Shown: positions 28,478-37,416 of the stretch, piece by piece
Position numbering within the stretch: position 1 is the first letter of the stretch
How the letters are laid out: every line of letters begins with the position of its first letter
Assembly: GCA_965248395.1 (NCBI GenBank)
Contig: OZ252103.1
Span: 1,486,155 to 1,550,154, forward strand
DNA from: a bacterium
Lineage (GTDB): Bacteria; JAAXHH01
Direction of reading: 5' to 3'
Length of the DNA stretch: 64,000 nucleotides
The notes under the pieces: model-generated
What the model saw: only the letters and a program-made list of their open reading frames with translations
Databases searched by the model: none
What the model was told of the DNA's origin: nothing
Translations under genes and position numbers: made by a program

Positions 28478-29140
28478 TTGATCGAGTTGATTCGCAATAC
28501 CGGTATGGCCGTCATGGTGGCGGTCCTTGTAGCCGGATCGGCGTTCGTCGCCGCGCATCCGGCCGTCCGATCGACCGAAGACACCCAGTCGGAGTCCGGC
28601 GAGCCCGCCGCCCAGTCGCTGGGTCCGGGCACGTACGCCGTGCTCAAGACCAACATGGGCGTCATCATCTGCAAGCTCTTCGACAACCTGACGCCCGCCA
28701 CCGTCGACAATTTCATTGGACTCGCGGAAGGCACGAAGACATTCAAGGATCCCGTTACCGGGCAGGAGACCAGGCGCCCTTACTACGACGGGACCACGTT
28801 TCACCGGGTCATTCCGAATTTCATGATCCAGGGGGGCGACCCGACGGGAACGGGCCGCGGGGAACCCGGTTACAACATCAGGGGCGAAATAAGGGGCTCG
28901 CTGAAATTCGACCGGCCGGGACGGCTGGCCATGGCCAACTCGGGGTCTCCGGATACCGGGGGCAGCCAGTTCTTCATTACCCATGGCCCGAAATCCTACC
29001 TGGACGGGGGATACACCATCTTCGGCCAGGTCATGAAGGGACAGGAAGTCGTGAACGCCATCGGCCGGGTGCAGACACGAAACGACAAGCCGATCTTCGA
29101 TATCGTTCTTGAAAAGCTGACCATCGAACGGGTGAAGTGA
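28478..29140 (+). CDS. cyclophilin-type peptidyl-prolyl isomerase (second copy, secreted)
   Basis: Motifs FHRVIPNFMIQGGDP and LAMANSGSPDTGGSQFFIT. TTG start at 28478 (alternative ATG at 28505). Confidence 0.85.
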   Translation: MIELIRNTGMAVMVAVLVAGSAFVAAHPAVRSTEDTQSESGEPAAQSLGPGTYAVLKTNMGVIICKLFDNLTPATVDNFIGLAEGTKTFKDPVTGQETRRPYYDGTTFHRVIPNFMIQGGDPTGTGRGEPGYNIRGEIRGSLKFDRPGRLAMANSGSPDTGGSQFFITHGPKSYLDGGYTIFGQVMKGQEVVNAIGRVQTRNDKPIFDIVLEKLTIERVK

Positions 29141-29182
29141 TTCCGCAAGCCCCTGGGAGAAAATCGGCTACGTGGTCAGTCG

Positions 29183-30436
29183 TTAGCGTCCCAGCGCATT
29201 ATGTTGTCCGCCAAGCGGAATGCGGCGGGCGAAGTAATACCAGGCGCAGACGATCAGAATGCCTGCGGCACCGGCCAAAAAAGCTACCAGGCGCGGCGCC
29301 ATGGCGTCCAGCAGCAGGCCCGTCCCCAGGGCCGAAAGGGAGAAGGCCAGGGTAAACAGGCCATTGTCCGCGGCAAACACCCGGCCGCGGTAGCCTTCGT
29401 CCACCACGAGCTGAAGCCCGAGAGAAGAATAGACCCACATCACCATGCTGCCCGCGGCGGCCAGGATGATGCTTGCCGCGGCCAGCCAGATGGACGGGGC
29501 CTGGGAAAAAATGATGAAGCAGGCGCCGTAGCTGACCAACCCGATCAGGATGCCCCTCCTCAACTGACCCAGGCGAATAGTGCTGAACAGCTTGATGAAC
29601 ACGGCGCCCAGGAGTGTCCCCAGGCCTCTTGCCGTGTACAGGATGGCGATACCCGTGTCGCCCGCGCGGTAAACCTGTCCGCCGAATACGGCGTAAAGCA
29701 GCACGGCGCCGCCACCGGCGAGTCCCCAGGTCGCCTTGCCCGGCAGATAGACCCGCGTGGCCCGGTCGCGCCCTATGTACTTCAGTCCCTCGATAAAGTC
29801 CGACAGGAACCGGACCGGCTGTCCCGCGCCCGCCGCGGCGGGGATGGCGATCCGGGACACGAACAGCGCGGCGACCACGAAACTGAGCGCGTTCAACTGG
29901 AACGCGGCGGACCTTCCCAGGTAGTCCGCGACCAGTCCGCCCAGGGCGGATCCGACCGTGAGCATGGCAGCCCAGGTCGTGCTGGTCAGCGCGTTGGCCG
30001 CGAGCAACGACTTTCCCTGGGCGATGCTCGGAAGCGTGGCCGTGCGCGTGACGTCGAAGAAGGGACCCAGCCCGGAAAGAATCGCCATGAAGAGATAGAG
30101 CATCCAGACTTCGTCCGCGGTGTCTACCAGGAGGAAGCCGAGGGCCGCGCCCGCCCGCAGGATATCGGTGACGATCATCACCCGCTTGCGGTTGTAACGT
30201 TCGGCGACGACGCCGGCCAGCGGGGCCGTCAGGAAGGGAGGCAGCATCTGGCAAAGGGTGACGATGCTGAGGGCGAGCCCGGATCCCGTGAGGGCCAGGG
30301 TAAGGCCCAGTACCGCGATCGTGCTGAACCAGTCACCCGCGTTGGAGACCACCTGGGACAGCCAAAGGATCCTAAAGGTCCGGTTTTCCCTGAGCAGCCG
30401 GGTGTACGAGAGGGCTGATCCGGTGCTTTTCGTCAC
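29183..30436 (-). CDS. MFS transporter
   Basis: 417 aa with about 12 TM segments. N-terminal FRILWLSQVVSNAGDWF is typical of EntS-like/MFS_3 exporters. GTG start. Confidence 0.85.
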   Translation of the reverse strand: MTKSTGSALSYTRLLRENRTFRILWLSQVVSNAGDWFSTIAVLGLTLALTGSGLALSIVTLCQMLPPFLTAPLAGVVAERYNRKRVMIVTDILRAGAALGFLLVDTADEVWMLYLFMAILSGLGPFFDVTRTATLPSIAQGKSLLAANALTSTTWAAMLTVGSALGGLVADYLGRSAAFQLNALSFVVAALFVSRIAIPAAAGAGQPVRFLSDFIEGLKYIGRDRATRVYLPGKATWGLAGGGAVLLYAVFGGQVYRAGDTGIAILYTARGLGTLLGAVFIKLFSTIRLGQLRRGILIGLVSYGACFIIFSQAPSIWLAAASIILAAAGSMVMWVYSSLGLQLVVDEGYRGRVFAADNGLFTLAFSLSALGTGLLLDAMAPRLVAFLAGAAGILIVCAWYYFARRIPLGGQHNALGR

Positions 30437-30502
30437 GTGGTCACACCTGGGGCTGAAGGGAAGCGGAACCGTTTACGGTCTTTTAATTTTGGGGTGGGCT
30501 GG

Positions 30503-30570
30503 ACGGATGTCAAGGAGGATGGATGTCAAGGAGGACGGATGTCAAGGAGGACGGATGTCAAGGAGGACGG
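30503..30570. repeat. 4.25 x 16-bp perfect/near-perfect direct repeat
   Basis: A(C/T)GGATGTCAAGGAGG at 30503, 30519, 30535 and 30551, plus a partial ACGG. Located in the divergent intergenic region between the MFS gene and a small ORF. Confidence 0.9.
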
Positions 30571-30643
30571 CAGGCGCGGACAACCGGATCGTCCCAGGAT
30601 TCACACAACGGCGGAAAGTAGCGCTGCGCTTCCGTCCACGCAC

Positions 30644-30672
30644 TTGACAAGGACAGTCGGCGCGGTTAACCT
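30644..30672 (+). promoter_or_regulatory. putative sigma70-type promoter
   Basis: TTGACA(30644-30649)-N17-TAACCT(30667-30672), upstream of the small ORF at 30728. Confidence 0.3.
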
Positions 30673-30727
30673 CTGTTTATATAGGTCTCGCCGACTATGC
30701 GGATGAAATCGTTACAGGAGACACGGC

Positions 30728-31006
30728 ATGAGCAAGCTGAAGTCGATCATGCACAACCGGACACACGGTCACCTGGGGGAACAGCGGCGCAGTTGCTCCG
30801 ACTGCGTCCACGTCATGCCCGCCATGAGGGGAGACGAAGTGACCTGTGAGATATACACCTTCAAGTACGAAGCCTACAAGGTCCCGAAGCGAAGCGCCCT
30901 TTCGCCCGCCTTTGCCAACGACTGCGGATTCTACCAGGCCATGACCCCGGTGCAGAAGGCGGAATCGGAGCGGAAGTTCAGAGAATTCTTCAAGCGGCTC
31001 GAGTAA
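30728..31006 (+). CDS. small Cys-containing hypothetical protein (92 aa)
   Basis: AGGAGA RBS 6 nt upstream of the ATG. Four Cys (CSDC ... C ... C) suggest a possible zinc ribbon. No family recognised. Confidence 0.45.
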   Translation: MSKLKSIMHNRTHGHLGEQRRSCSDCVHVMPAMRGDEVTCEIYTFKYEAYKVPKRSALSPAFANDCGFYQAMTPVQKAESERKFREFFKRLE

Positions 31007-31035
31007 ATCGGGGATCGTGCGGACCGTATGCGCTG

Positions 31036-32286
31036 CTATTCGTTCATGGACTTGAGGAAATCCAGGTTCGACTTGGTCCGTGACAGGCGTTCGGTCATCA
31101 GTTCCATGGCTTCGACCGGTCCGAGGCCGTCCAGGAATTTCCGCAGGATCTTCACCTTGCCCAGGATATCCGGTTCCAGCAGCAGTTCCGCCTTTCGGGT
31201 GGAGGACGCGCTCAGGTCGATCGCCGGGAATATCCACCGGTTCGCCAGCTTTCGGCTGAGTTCCAGTTCCATATTGCCCGTACCCTTGAATTCCTCGAAG
31301 ATGCCTTCGTCCATGCGGCTGCCCGTCTCGATCAGCGCCGTGGCCACGATCGTCAGGCTCCCGCCTTCCTCGATGTTGCGCGCCGCACCGAAAAAGCGCC
31401 TGGGTTTCTGAAGCGCGTTGGCGTCGATACCGCCGGACAGGATTTTACCACTGTGGGGTGTCACCGCGTTGTGGGCCCGCGCCAGGCGGGTGATGCTGTC
31501 GAGGAGGATGACGACGTCCTTGCCGTGTTCCACCAGCCGCTTGGCCTTTTCAAGGACCATGTCCGAGACTGCCACGTGTCGTTCCGGCGGTTCGTCGAAG
31601 GTCGAACTGATCACTTCACCCTTTACCGACCGTTCCATGTCGGTCACCTCTTCCGGCCGTTCATCGATGAGCAGGACCATGAGCACCACCTCGGGGTGAT
31701 TGTCCGTGATGGCGTTGGCGATCTCCTGCAGCAGCATGGTCTTGCCGGCCTTCGGCGGCGAGACGATCAACCCGCGCTGGCCCTTCCCTATGGGAGTCAG
31801 CAGGTCCATGACCCGCGTCGGCAGTTTCTCTTTCAGATACTCGAGCTGGAACCTCTCCAGCGGGTAAATCGGCGTCAGGTTGTCGAAGAGGGTCCGTTCC
31901 TTGGACACCTCCGGATTATCGAAATTGACCGTATCCACCCTCAGCAGCGCGAAGAAGCGTTCCCCGTCCTTGGGAGGCCGGATCTGTCCTGAAATGGTGT
32001 CCCCGGTTCTCAGGTCGAAGCGCTTCACCTGCGACGGCGCTACGTAGATGTCGTCGGGGCCGTGAAGGTAGCTGTAGTCGGGCGACCGGAGAAAACCGCA
32101 GCGGTTGTCCGGCAGCACTTCGAGGACGCCCTCTCCGAAGATGACGCCTTCTTTCTCCGTCTGCGCCTGGAGAATGCTGAAGATCAGTTCCTGTTTCCGC
32201 AGCCCCGTGAAGCTCTGCAGATCGAGCTCCTGGGCTATGGAGTACAGGTCGGGCAGGGTCTTGGTCTTTAGTTCTAGGATGTGCAT
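31036..32286 (-). CDS. rho: transcription termination factor Rho
   Basis: Full-length match to the Rho pattern: N-terminal [13 protein letters not shown]..., RNA-binding [15 protein letters not shown], Walker [18 protein letters not shown], and the C-terminal [22 protein letters not shown]. Confidence 0.95.
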   Translation of the reverse strand: MHILELKTKTLPDLYSIAQELDLQSFTGLRKQELIFSILQAQTEKEGVIFGEGVLEVLPDNRCGFLRSPDYSYLHGPDDIYVAPSQVKRFDLRTGDTISGQIRPPKDGERFFALLRVDTVNFDNPEVSKERTLFDNLTPIYPLERFQLEYLKEKLPTRVMDLLTPIGKGQRGLIVSPPKAGKTMLLQEIANAITDNHPEVVLMVLLIDERPEEVTDMERSVKGEVISSTFDEPPERHVAVSDMVLEKAKRLVEHGKDVVILLDSITRLARAHNAVTPHSGKILSGGIDANALQKPRRFFGAARNIEEGGSLTIVATALIETGSRMDEGIFEEFKGTGNMELELSRKLANRWIFPAIDLSASSTRKAELLLEPDILGKVKILRKFLDGLGPVEAMELMTERLSRTKSNLDFLKSMNE

Positions 32287-32668
32287 GCTTCCTTCCCTAT
32301 TGAAAGGTATGATCGACTCCCCTGGACCGGTGGTTGACGGCGCCTATTCCCGGTTTGGTTCGAAGGGGGTGTGAATTTCGTTAGACAGGTATGTGAGCAT
32401 TGTGAGAGACGGGAACGATGGAATACAGAAGAAGCGTTCCCGGCGAAGTAAGCCGGCCCGTGCCGTGTCCTGAGGCGCGCTGAAGTGCTGACACTGGTTA
32501 AGCAGTCAGGATCTCGGGCAAACTATCTTACCTTGATGAAGGAATCCCGACGCATGGGGCACGGGACAACATGGTTTTTTTTGAGCTTGGAAGATTCGGC
32601 TTTCCAATGAGGAATCAATCAGGGGAGTTTGCAAGGAATACGGGCCGTCGCATCTAACGCCCAAGTAT

Positions 32669-32696
32669 AATATACGGTCTTAATCCACCGTGTCAA
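32669..32696 (-). promoter_or_regulatory. near-consensus sigma70-type promoter for rho
   Basis: Minus strand reads TTGACA(32696-32691)-N16-TATATT(32674-32669). This would give a ~375-nt leader before the rho ATG at 32286. Confidence 0.5.
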
Positions 32697-32811
32697 GGCC
32701 CGATTTACTTTTTTTAAGGGCATGCACCCCAATGCGTAGGGTTTGCGCGCTCAGGGCGCGTTCCTCGAATACCGGTTCGGCAGGCCGGAAACAGTCCGCG
32801 ATTGCGTCGAT

Positions 32812-34098
32812 TTACTGGTTCATCTTGGGATCGAGGGCGTCGCGCAGGCCGTCGCCCATCAGCTGGAATCCGAGCATGGTGAGCGCAATCATGATGGCGG
32901 GAAAAGTCGCCAGGTGCCAGTACGACCGGATGTAGTTGGCGTTCTCCCCGACCATCTGCCCCCAGCTCGGTGTCGGCGGACTGATGCCGATGCCGATGAA
33001 GCTCAGTCCGGCCTCGGCGAAGATGGCGGAAGGAATACCCAGGGCAAGGGCGACGATCAGCGGGGTCAGGCTGTTCGGCAGGATGTGGGTGACGACGATA
33101 CGGAAGTGACTGCCTCCCATCGCCTTGGCCGCCCGGACGAATTCCTTTTCCTTTAATGACAGGATCTGCCCCCGGAGGAGCCGGCAGACCCCGACCCAGC
33201 CGGTCACGCCTATGGCCACGAAAATGTTGAACAGTCCGGCCCCCAGCCACGACATGATCAGGATGATGAAGAGCAGGCCCGGAAAGGCCGACATGATGTC
33301 GACCCCCCGCATGATGACGCTGTCCACGCGGCCCCCCGCGTACCCGGCCAGGGAGCCCAGGGGGACGCCGATGGCGAAGATGATGGCCTGCACGAGGACC
33401 CCCACCGTCATGGAAATCTCGGCGCCGTAGATGACCCGGCTGAAGAGGTCGCGACCCAGGCCGTCCGTGCCGAAGGGATACTGCCAGGACGGTTCCTGCC
33501 AGGCGACCTGGAAGTTCTGCTTGGTATAGTGCAGAGGCGCGATCCAGGGCGCCAGCAGCGCCGTGTTGCTCAGCAGCAGGACCAGGAAGAGCCCCACCAG
33601 GGAAAGCTTGTTGCGGGAAAACCGCCGGGTGGCGTCCGCCCAGAGGCCGCTGTCGTGTTTCTTGAAATAGCGGTAGGCCCTCGGCCAGAGCAGCGTAAAC
33701 TCCGTGGCCAGCGTGACGCGGAAGATCAGTCCCGCCCACGTGAAGAAGGGCTCGAGGCCTACCCAGCTCATGGATTCCGACAGGCTTTCGGGGATGTCTT
33801 CCGTTCCGTAGGGATACAGATCCATCCATGGACCGAGCAGCCACCACGCCGCCAGCACAGCGCCGGCGCCCACGGCGGCGAAGAGGGGTTTTTGCTGTAC
33901 CGCCCTGCGGCAGAAGGACGCCCATCTGCCCGTTTCGTTCTTGCATCCCAGTCGATACATCCGGGGCAGGGAGAGCAGCAGCTGAATCGCCAGCGCGATC
34001 CGCCCCGCCTCGAGGATCATGGTGTCCCAGCTCCACCCCAGGACCGCCCACAGGACCCAGACGAGGTCTGCTTCGCCGGATGTGCCGATCGGTTCCAT
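32812..34098 (-). CDS. peptide/nickel-type ABC permease (OppC/DppC-like) with long N-terminal extension
   Basis: C-terminal ~230 aa is canonical (FGTDGLGRDLFSRVIYG..., EFVRAAKAMGGSHFRIVVTHILPN, SWGQMV). It is preceded by ~190 aa with extra hydrophobic segments. Confidence 0.85.
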   Translation of the reverse strand: MEPIGTSGEADLVWVLWAVLGWSWDTMILEAGRIALAIQLLLSLPRMYRLGCKNETGRWASFCRRAVQQKPLFAAVGAGAVLAAWWLLGPWMDLYPYGTEDIPESLSESMSWVGLEPFFTWAGLIFRVTLATEFTLLWPRAYRYFKKHDSGLWADATRRFSRNKLSLVGLFLVLLLSNTALLAPWIAPLHYTKQNFQVAWQEPSWQYPFGTDGLGRDLFSRVIYGAEISMTVGVLVQAIIFAIGVPLGSLAGYAGGRVDSVIMRGVDIMSAFPGLLFIILIMSWLGAGLFNIFVAIGVTGWVGVCRLLRGQILSLKEKEFVRAAKAMGGSHFRIVVTHILPNSLTPLIVALALGIPSAIFAEAGLSFIGIGISPPTPSWGQMVGENANYIRSYWHLATFPAIMIALTMLGFQLMGDGLRDALDPKMNQ

Positions 34099-34099
34099 G

Positions 34100-35410
34100 C
34101 TAGTCCTTCCGATATCGTATGCGGGGGTCGACCAGGGCGTACATGAGATCCGTGATCACGTAGATCACCACGATGAGCGACGACCAGAGCAGCGCCGTGG
34201 ACATGATCATGGGGTAATCCCGGGCGAATACGCTCGTGGTAAAGTATCGCCCCAGGCCGGGTATCCGGAAGATCGTCTCGATGAAGAAGGAGCCGGTGAT
34301 CAGGTTGGCCATCATCGGTCCCGCTATGGTCAGCAGGGGGATCAGGGCGTTCTTGAAAACGTGCACCACGACGACCGATAACTCGGACAGTCCCTTGGCC
34401 CGGGCGGTGCGCACGTAGTCGGCCCGGATGGCCTCGATCATGTTCGAACGGGTGTATCTCGCCACGACGGCCATATCGCCGAGAGACAAGGCGATTACCG
34501 GCATGACCCAGTCCTTGGGCGAATTCCATCCCCCCGTTTCGAACAGGTGCAGCCACAGGGAAAACACGACAGTCAGTCCCACGGCTACGACGAAACTGGG
34601 CGTTACGATGCTGAATACCGCCGTGAGCGAGGCGAGATAGTCTATCCACGTATTCTGGTAAACCGCCGAGAGAATACCCAGCAGCAGTCCCCCCGAGAGG
34701 GCCACGACCAGGGCCATGCTGCCGAGGTGGACGGATACCGGCCAGGCCTGGGCGATGAGTTCCTGGCAGGTCTTGCTCTGGTGCTGGAAGGAGTATCCGA
34801 AGTCGCCCCGCACGACGTTGCTGACCCAGGAGAAGTACTGTACGTACAGCGGCTGGTCGAGATTGTACTTCCGCATCAGGTTGGCCCGCACTTCGGGAGT
34901 CAGCGGTATGCCGCCGGTTTCGCCGCCCGCGTCGAAGGGGCCGCCGGGTACGGCGTGCATGATGGAAAAGGTGATGACCGAGACGGCGAAGAGTACGGGA
35001 AAGATCCAGAGTATGCGGCGGACCAGGTACCGGAAGCCCAGGTTCAGTCCGAGGAGGAAAATGCTGGTGACCGCAAGCATGATCAGCGTGCGGATCAGCA
35101 TGACGTTCAGGGAGTCGGTTCCCCAGAGCGCCAGGCCCACGGCCGCCAGGGCAATGGCTCGCGCGGCCAGGTTCGGCACGCGGAAACGGCGCATCAGGAT
35201 GGAAGCGGCGAGAAACAGGATGAGCCACAGCACCGCGAGCGCGGTCTTGAAAACCCCGAGTTGCGGCGCCGCAACGGCTAGGGCGACGAGGGTGATCAGC
35301 GCCTGGACGCCCTTGACAAACGTCGCGTCAAGCTTGCGCCGGCTACCCCAGTAACCGGTAGCCAGGACGAGCAGCAGCCACAGGACGCCAATGATCCCTA
35401 TTGAGGGCAT
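34100..35410 (-). CDS. peptide/nickel-type ABC permease (OppB/DppB-like) with N-terminal extension
   Basis: Canonical body starts at RRILWIFPVLFAVSVITFSIMHAVPGGP... with EAA loop YVRTARAKGLSE. It is preceded by ~125 aa containing about 4 extra TM helices. The stop lies 1 nt from the next start. Confidence 0.85.
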   Translation of the reverse strand: MPSIGIIGVLWLLLVLATGYWGSRRKLDATFVKGVQALITLVALAVAAPQLGVFKTALAVLWLILFLAASILMRRFRVPNLAARAIALAAVGLALWGTDSLNVMLIRTLIMLAVTSIFLLGLNLGFRYLVRRILWIFPVLFAVSVITFSIMHAVPGGPFDAGGETGGIPLTPEVRANLMRKYNLDQPLYVQYFSWVSNVVRGDFGYSFQHQSKTCQELIAQAWPVSVHLGSMALVVALSGGLLLGILSAVYQNTWIDYLASLTAVFSIVTPSFVVAVGLTVVFSLWLHLFETGGWNSPKDWVMPVIALSLGDMAVVARYTRSNMIEAIRADYVRTARAKGLSELSVVVVHVFKNALIPLLTIAGPMMANLITGSFFIETIFRIPGLGRYFTTSVFARDYPMIMSTALLWSSLIVVIYVITDLMYALVDPRIRYRKD

Positions 35411-35647
35411 CCGATCGTCGAATCCTTTGTTGGAATTTGATGATTACATGCGAAACCGCGGTCCGAAGGATGAGGAAACTGACTGAAGGGTCGAGCCCGT
35501 CCGCAAATCGCGGCGCCAACGGAGCGCGGCCCCGTTGACCGCCAGACAACCTATGGCCCCTCATTGTTTCTGTCAACGTCTTTCGGCGCGTCCACCGGGG
35601 CAAAAACCTGTTGATTCAGAGGGCGGTTTTGTTGTTTCATAGGGAAT

Positions 35648-36340
35648 ATGGACTACCTGCTCAGTGGATTTCAGGAAGCGGTCCGTTTGCTGGTGACGGG
35701 CGAATCCGGTGTGTACACCATCGTCGGCGTTTCCGTATTCGTCGCGCTGACCGCGACCGTGCTGGCTTCTCTCATGGGTTTGCCCGCGGGCTACTTGCTC
35801 GCGACCCACCGGTTTCCGGGACAGCGGCTGGTTACGACGGTGCTCAACACCTTGCTGGCCATGCCGACCGTGGTGATCGGTCTTTTCGTATATGCCCAGG
35901 TATCCCGGCGCGGTCCCCTGGGTTTTCTCGAACTGCTGTACACACCGAAGGCGATGATCATCGGCGAGACCATCCTCGCGTTGCCCATCGTGGCCGCCTT
36001 CACCCTTTCGGCATTCCGCGCCGTGGATTCACGGATCACGGAGACCGCCCTTACACTGGGCGCCACGAGGATCCAGACGGCCCGCACACTCATATCGGAA
36101 GCCCGCTTCGGGATCATGGCCGCGGTGGTCGCCGCCTTCGGCCGGGTGATCGCGGAGGTGGGCGCGGCCATGATGCTGGGCGGCAACATCAAGGGCAGCA
36201 CGCGGACCATGACGACGGCGATCGCCCTGGAAAGCAGCAAGGGAGAGTTCGGTCTGGCCATCGCCCTCGGCATGATCCTTCTGCTCACGGCCTTTGGAGC
36301 GAACATCCTTTTTCACTGGCTGCAGGGGTTCGACGACTGA
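35648..36340 (+). CDS. ABC transporter permease, tungstate (TupB)-like
   Basis: 230 aa. LGATRIQTARTLISEARFG and GGNIKGSTRTMTTAIALE..KGEF resemble TupB-type permeases (from memory). Confidence 0.7.
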   Translation: MDYLLSGFQEAVRLLVTGESGVYTIVGVSVFVALTATVLASLMGLPAGYLLATHRFPGQRLVTTVLNTLLAMPTVVIGLFVYAQVSRRGPLGFLELLYTPKAMIIGETILALPIVAAFTLSAFRAVDSRITETALTLGATRIQTARTLISEARFGIMAAVVAAFGRVIAEVGAAMMLGGNIKGSTRTMTTAIALESSKGEFGLAIALGMILLLTAFGANILFHWLQGFDD

Positions 36341-37374
36341 TGGCCGATCCGATCATCGTGGGCGAGCGCCTTTCGTACCGTTACGGCTCCGGGTTTCATT
36401 TGCAGGTCGATCACCTTGCCCTGTCCTCCGGAAGGATCTATGCCGTTTACGGCGCCAACGGATCGGGCAAGACAACGCTCCTGAACATCCTCGCCCTGCT
36501 GACCATGCCGCAGGAAGGACGGATCCTGCTCGAAGGGCGGCCCGTGAACGGGGCGGATCCCGCCCGTTGTCGGCGATACCGCCGCCGTGTCACGCTGCTC
36601 ATGCAGCAAGTCTACCTGTTCCGCTCCACCGTATTCGAAAACGTGGCCGCCGGCCTGCGGTTCCGCGGAGTGGCGAAGCAGGCCATCGAAGAGCGCGTGA
36701 CGCACATGTTGAAAAAGGTGGGTCTGGAGGAGTTCGCCCACCGGCCCGCCCACAGCCTTTCGGGCGGCGAAGCCCAGCGCGCCGGCCTGGCCCGGGCCCT
36801 GGTCACGGAACCCGAGGTGCTGCTCCTCGACGAGCCCACGGCAAGCGTGGACGCGGTGCACGGCAGGCAGATCGAGGTGATCCTCAGGGAGACGTGCAAG
36901 CTACGGCGCATGACCGTGGTGCTCTCGACGCACCAGTACGACCAGGCCCATCGCATCGCCGACGAAGTGCTGATCATGCGTGACGGGTGCATGCTCACGG
37001 CCGGCCCGGAAAACGTTTTCAGCGGCCGTATAGAGGATTCCGCACACGGTCCGGTCGTCACGCTGGACGGCGGCGTGACGTTGCACACGGATACGACCGT
37101 GCGAGGACAGGCACAGATCGCCATATCGCCGTACGAAATACAGTTGACCCGGTCGCCCCGGTCACCCCGGTCGCCCCGGTCGCCGGGCGCCGCGAACACG
37201 CTTGAAGGCGTCGTGTCGGCAGCGGCAGTGGACGGAGACCACATTCGCCTGGACGTGGACGCCGGGCTTCGGCTGACCGTCCACGTCGCGCGGGAGTCCT
37301 TCGCCGGGATGGACCTGACCGTCGGCGACAGGGTTCACGCCGCCATCGAGCCTTCGGCCGTTCGGGTGCCGTAA
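36340..37374 (+). CDS. ABC transporter ATP-binding protein with C-terminal TOBE-like domain
   Basis: The ATG overlaps the upstream TGA (TGATG). Walker A GANGSGKTT, signature LSGGEAQR, Walker B LLLLDEPT. The C-terminal beta-rich ~100 aa contains an SPRSPRSPRSP insert. Confidence 0.85.
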   Translation: MADPIIVGERLSYRYGSGFHLQVDHLALSSGRIYAVYGANGSGKTTLLNILALLTMPQEGRILLEGRPVNGADPARCRRYRRRVTLLMQQVYLFRSTVFENVAAGLRFRGVAKQAIEERVTHMLKKVGLEEFAHRPAHSLSGGEAQRAGLARALVTEPEVLLLDEPTASVDAVHGRQIEVILRETCKLRRMTVVLSTHQYDQAHRIADEVLIMRDGCMLTAGPENVFSGRIEDSAHGPVVTLDGGVTLHTDTTVRGQAQIAISPYEIQLTRSPRSPRSPRSPGAANTLEGVVSAAAVDGDHIRLDVDAGLRLTVHVARESFAGMDLTVGDRVHAAIEPSAVRVP

Positions 37375-37416
37375 GGCGCGCGGCACGGAAATCAAATAAA
37401 GCAGCAGGAGGAATCC

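Noticed and set aside
29199-30418. 351-aa (-) and 405-aa (+) ORFs overlapping the MFS transporter gene
   Set aside because: These are alternative frames of the MFS gene with Arg/Gly/Pro-rich, low-complexity translations. The MFS frame shows regular TM helices.
35411-35647. Possible Moco/tungsten riboswitch or attenuator upstream of the TupB-like gene (weak hairpin CAAAACC...GGTTTTG followed by TTGTTTC)
   Set aside because: I could not recognise the conserved Moco-riboswitch core by eye. The hairpin is AT-rich with a 16-nt loop. This needs an Infernal scan before any claim.
35611-37374. 587-aa ORF suggesting a fused permease-ATPase protein
   Set aside because: The first ~240 codons are an out-of-frame read through the TupB-like gene and give Arg/Gly-rich nonsense. 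The real ATPase begins at the ATG at 36340, overlapping the permease stop.
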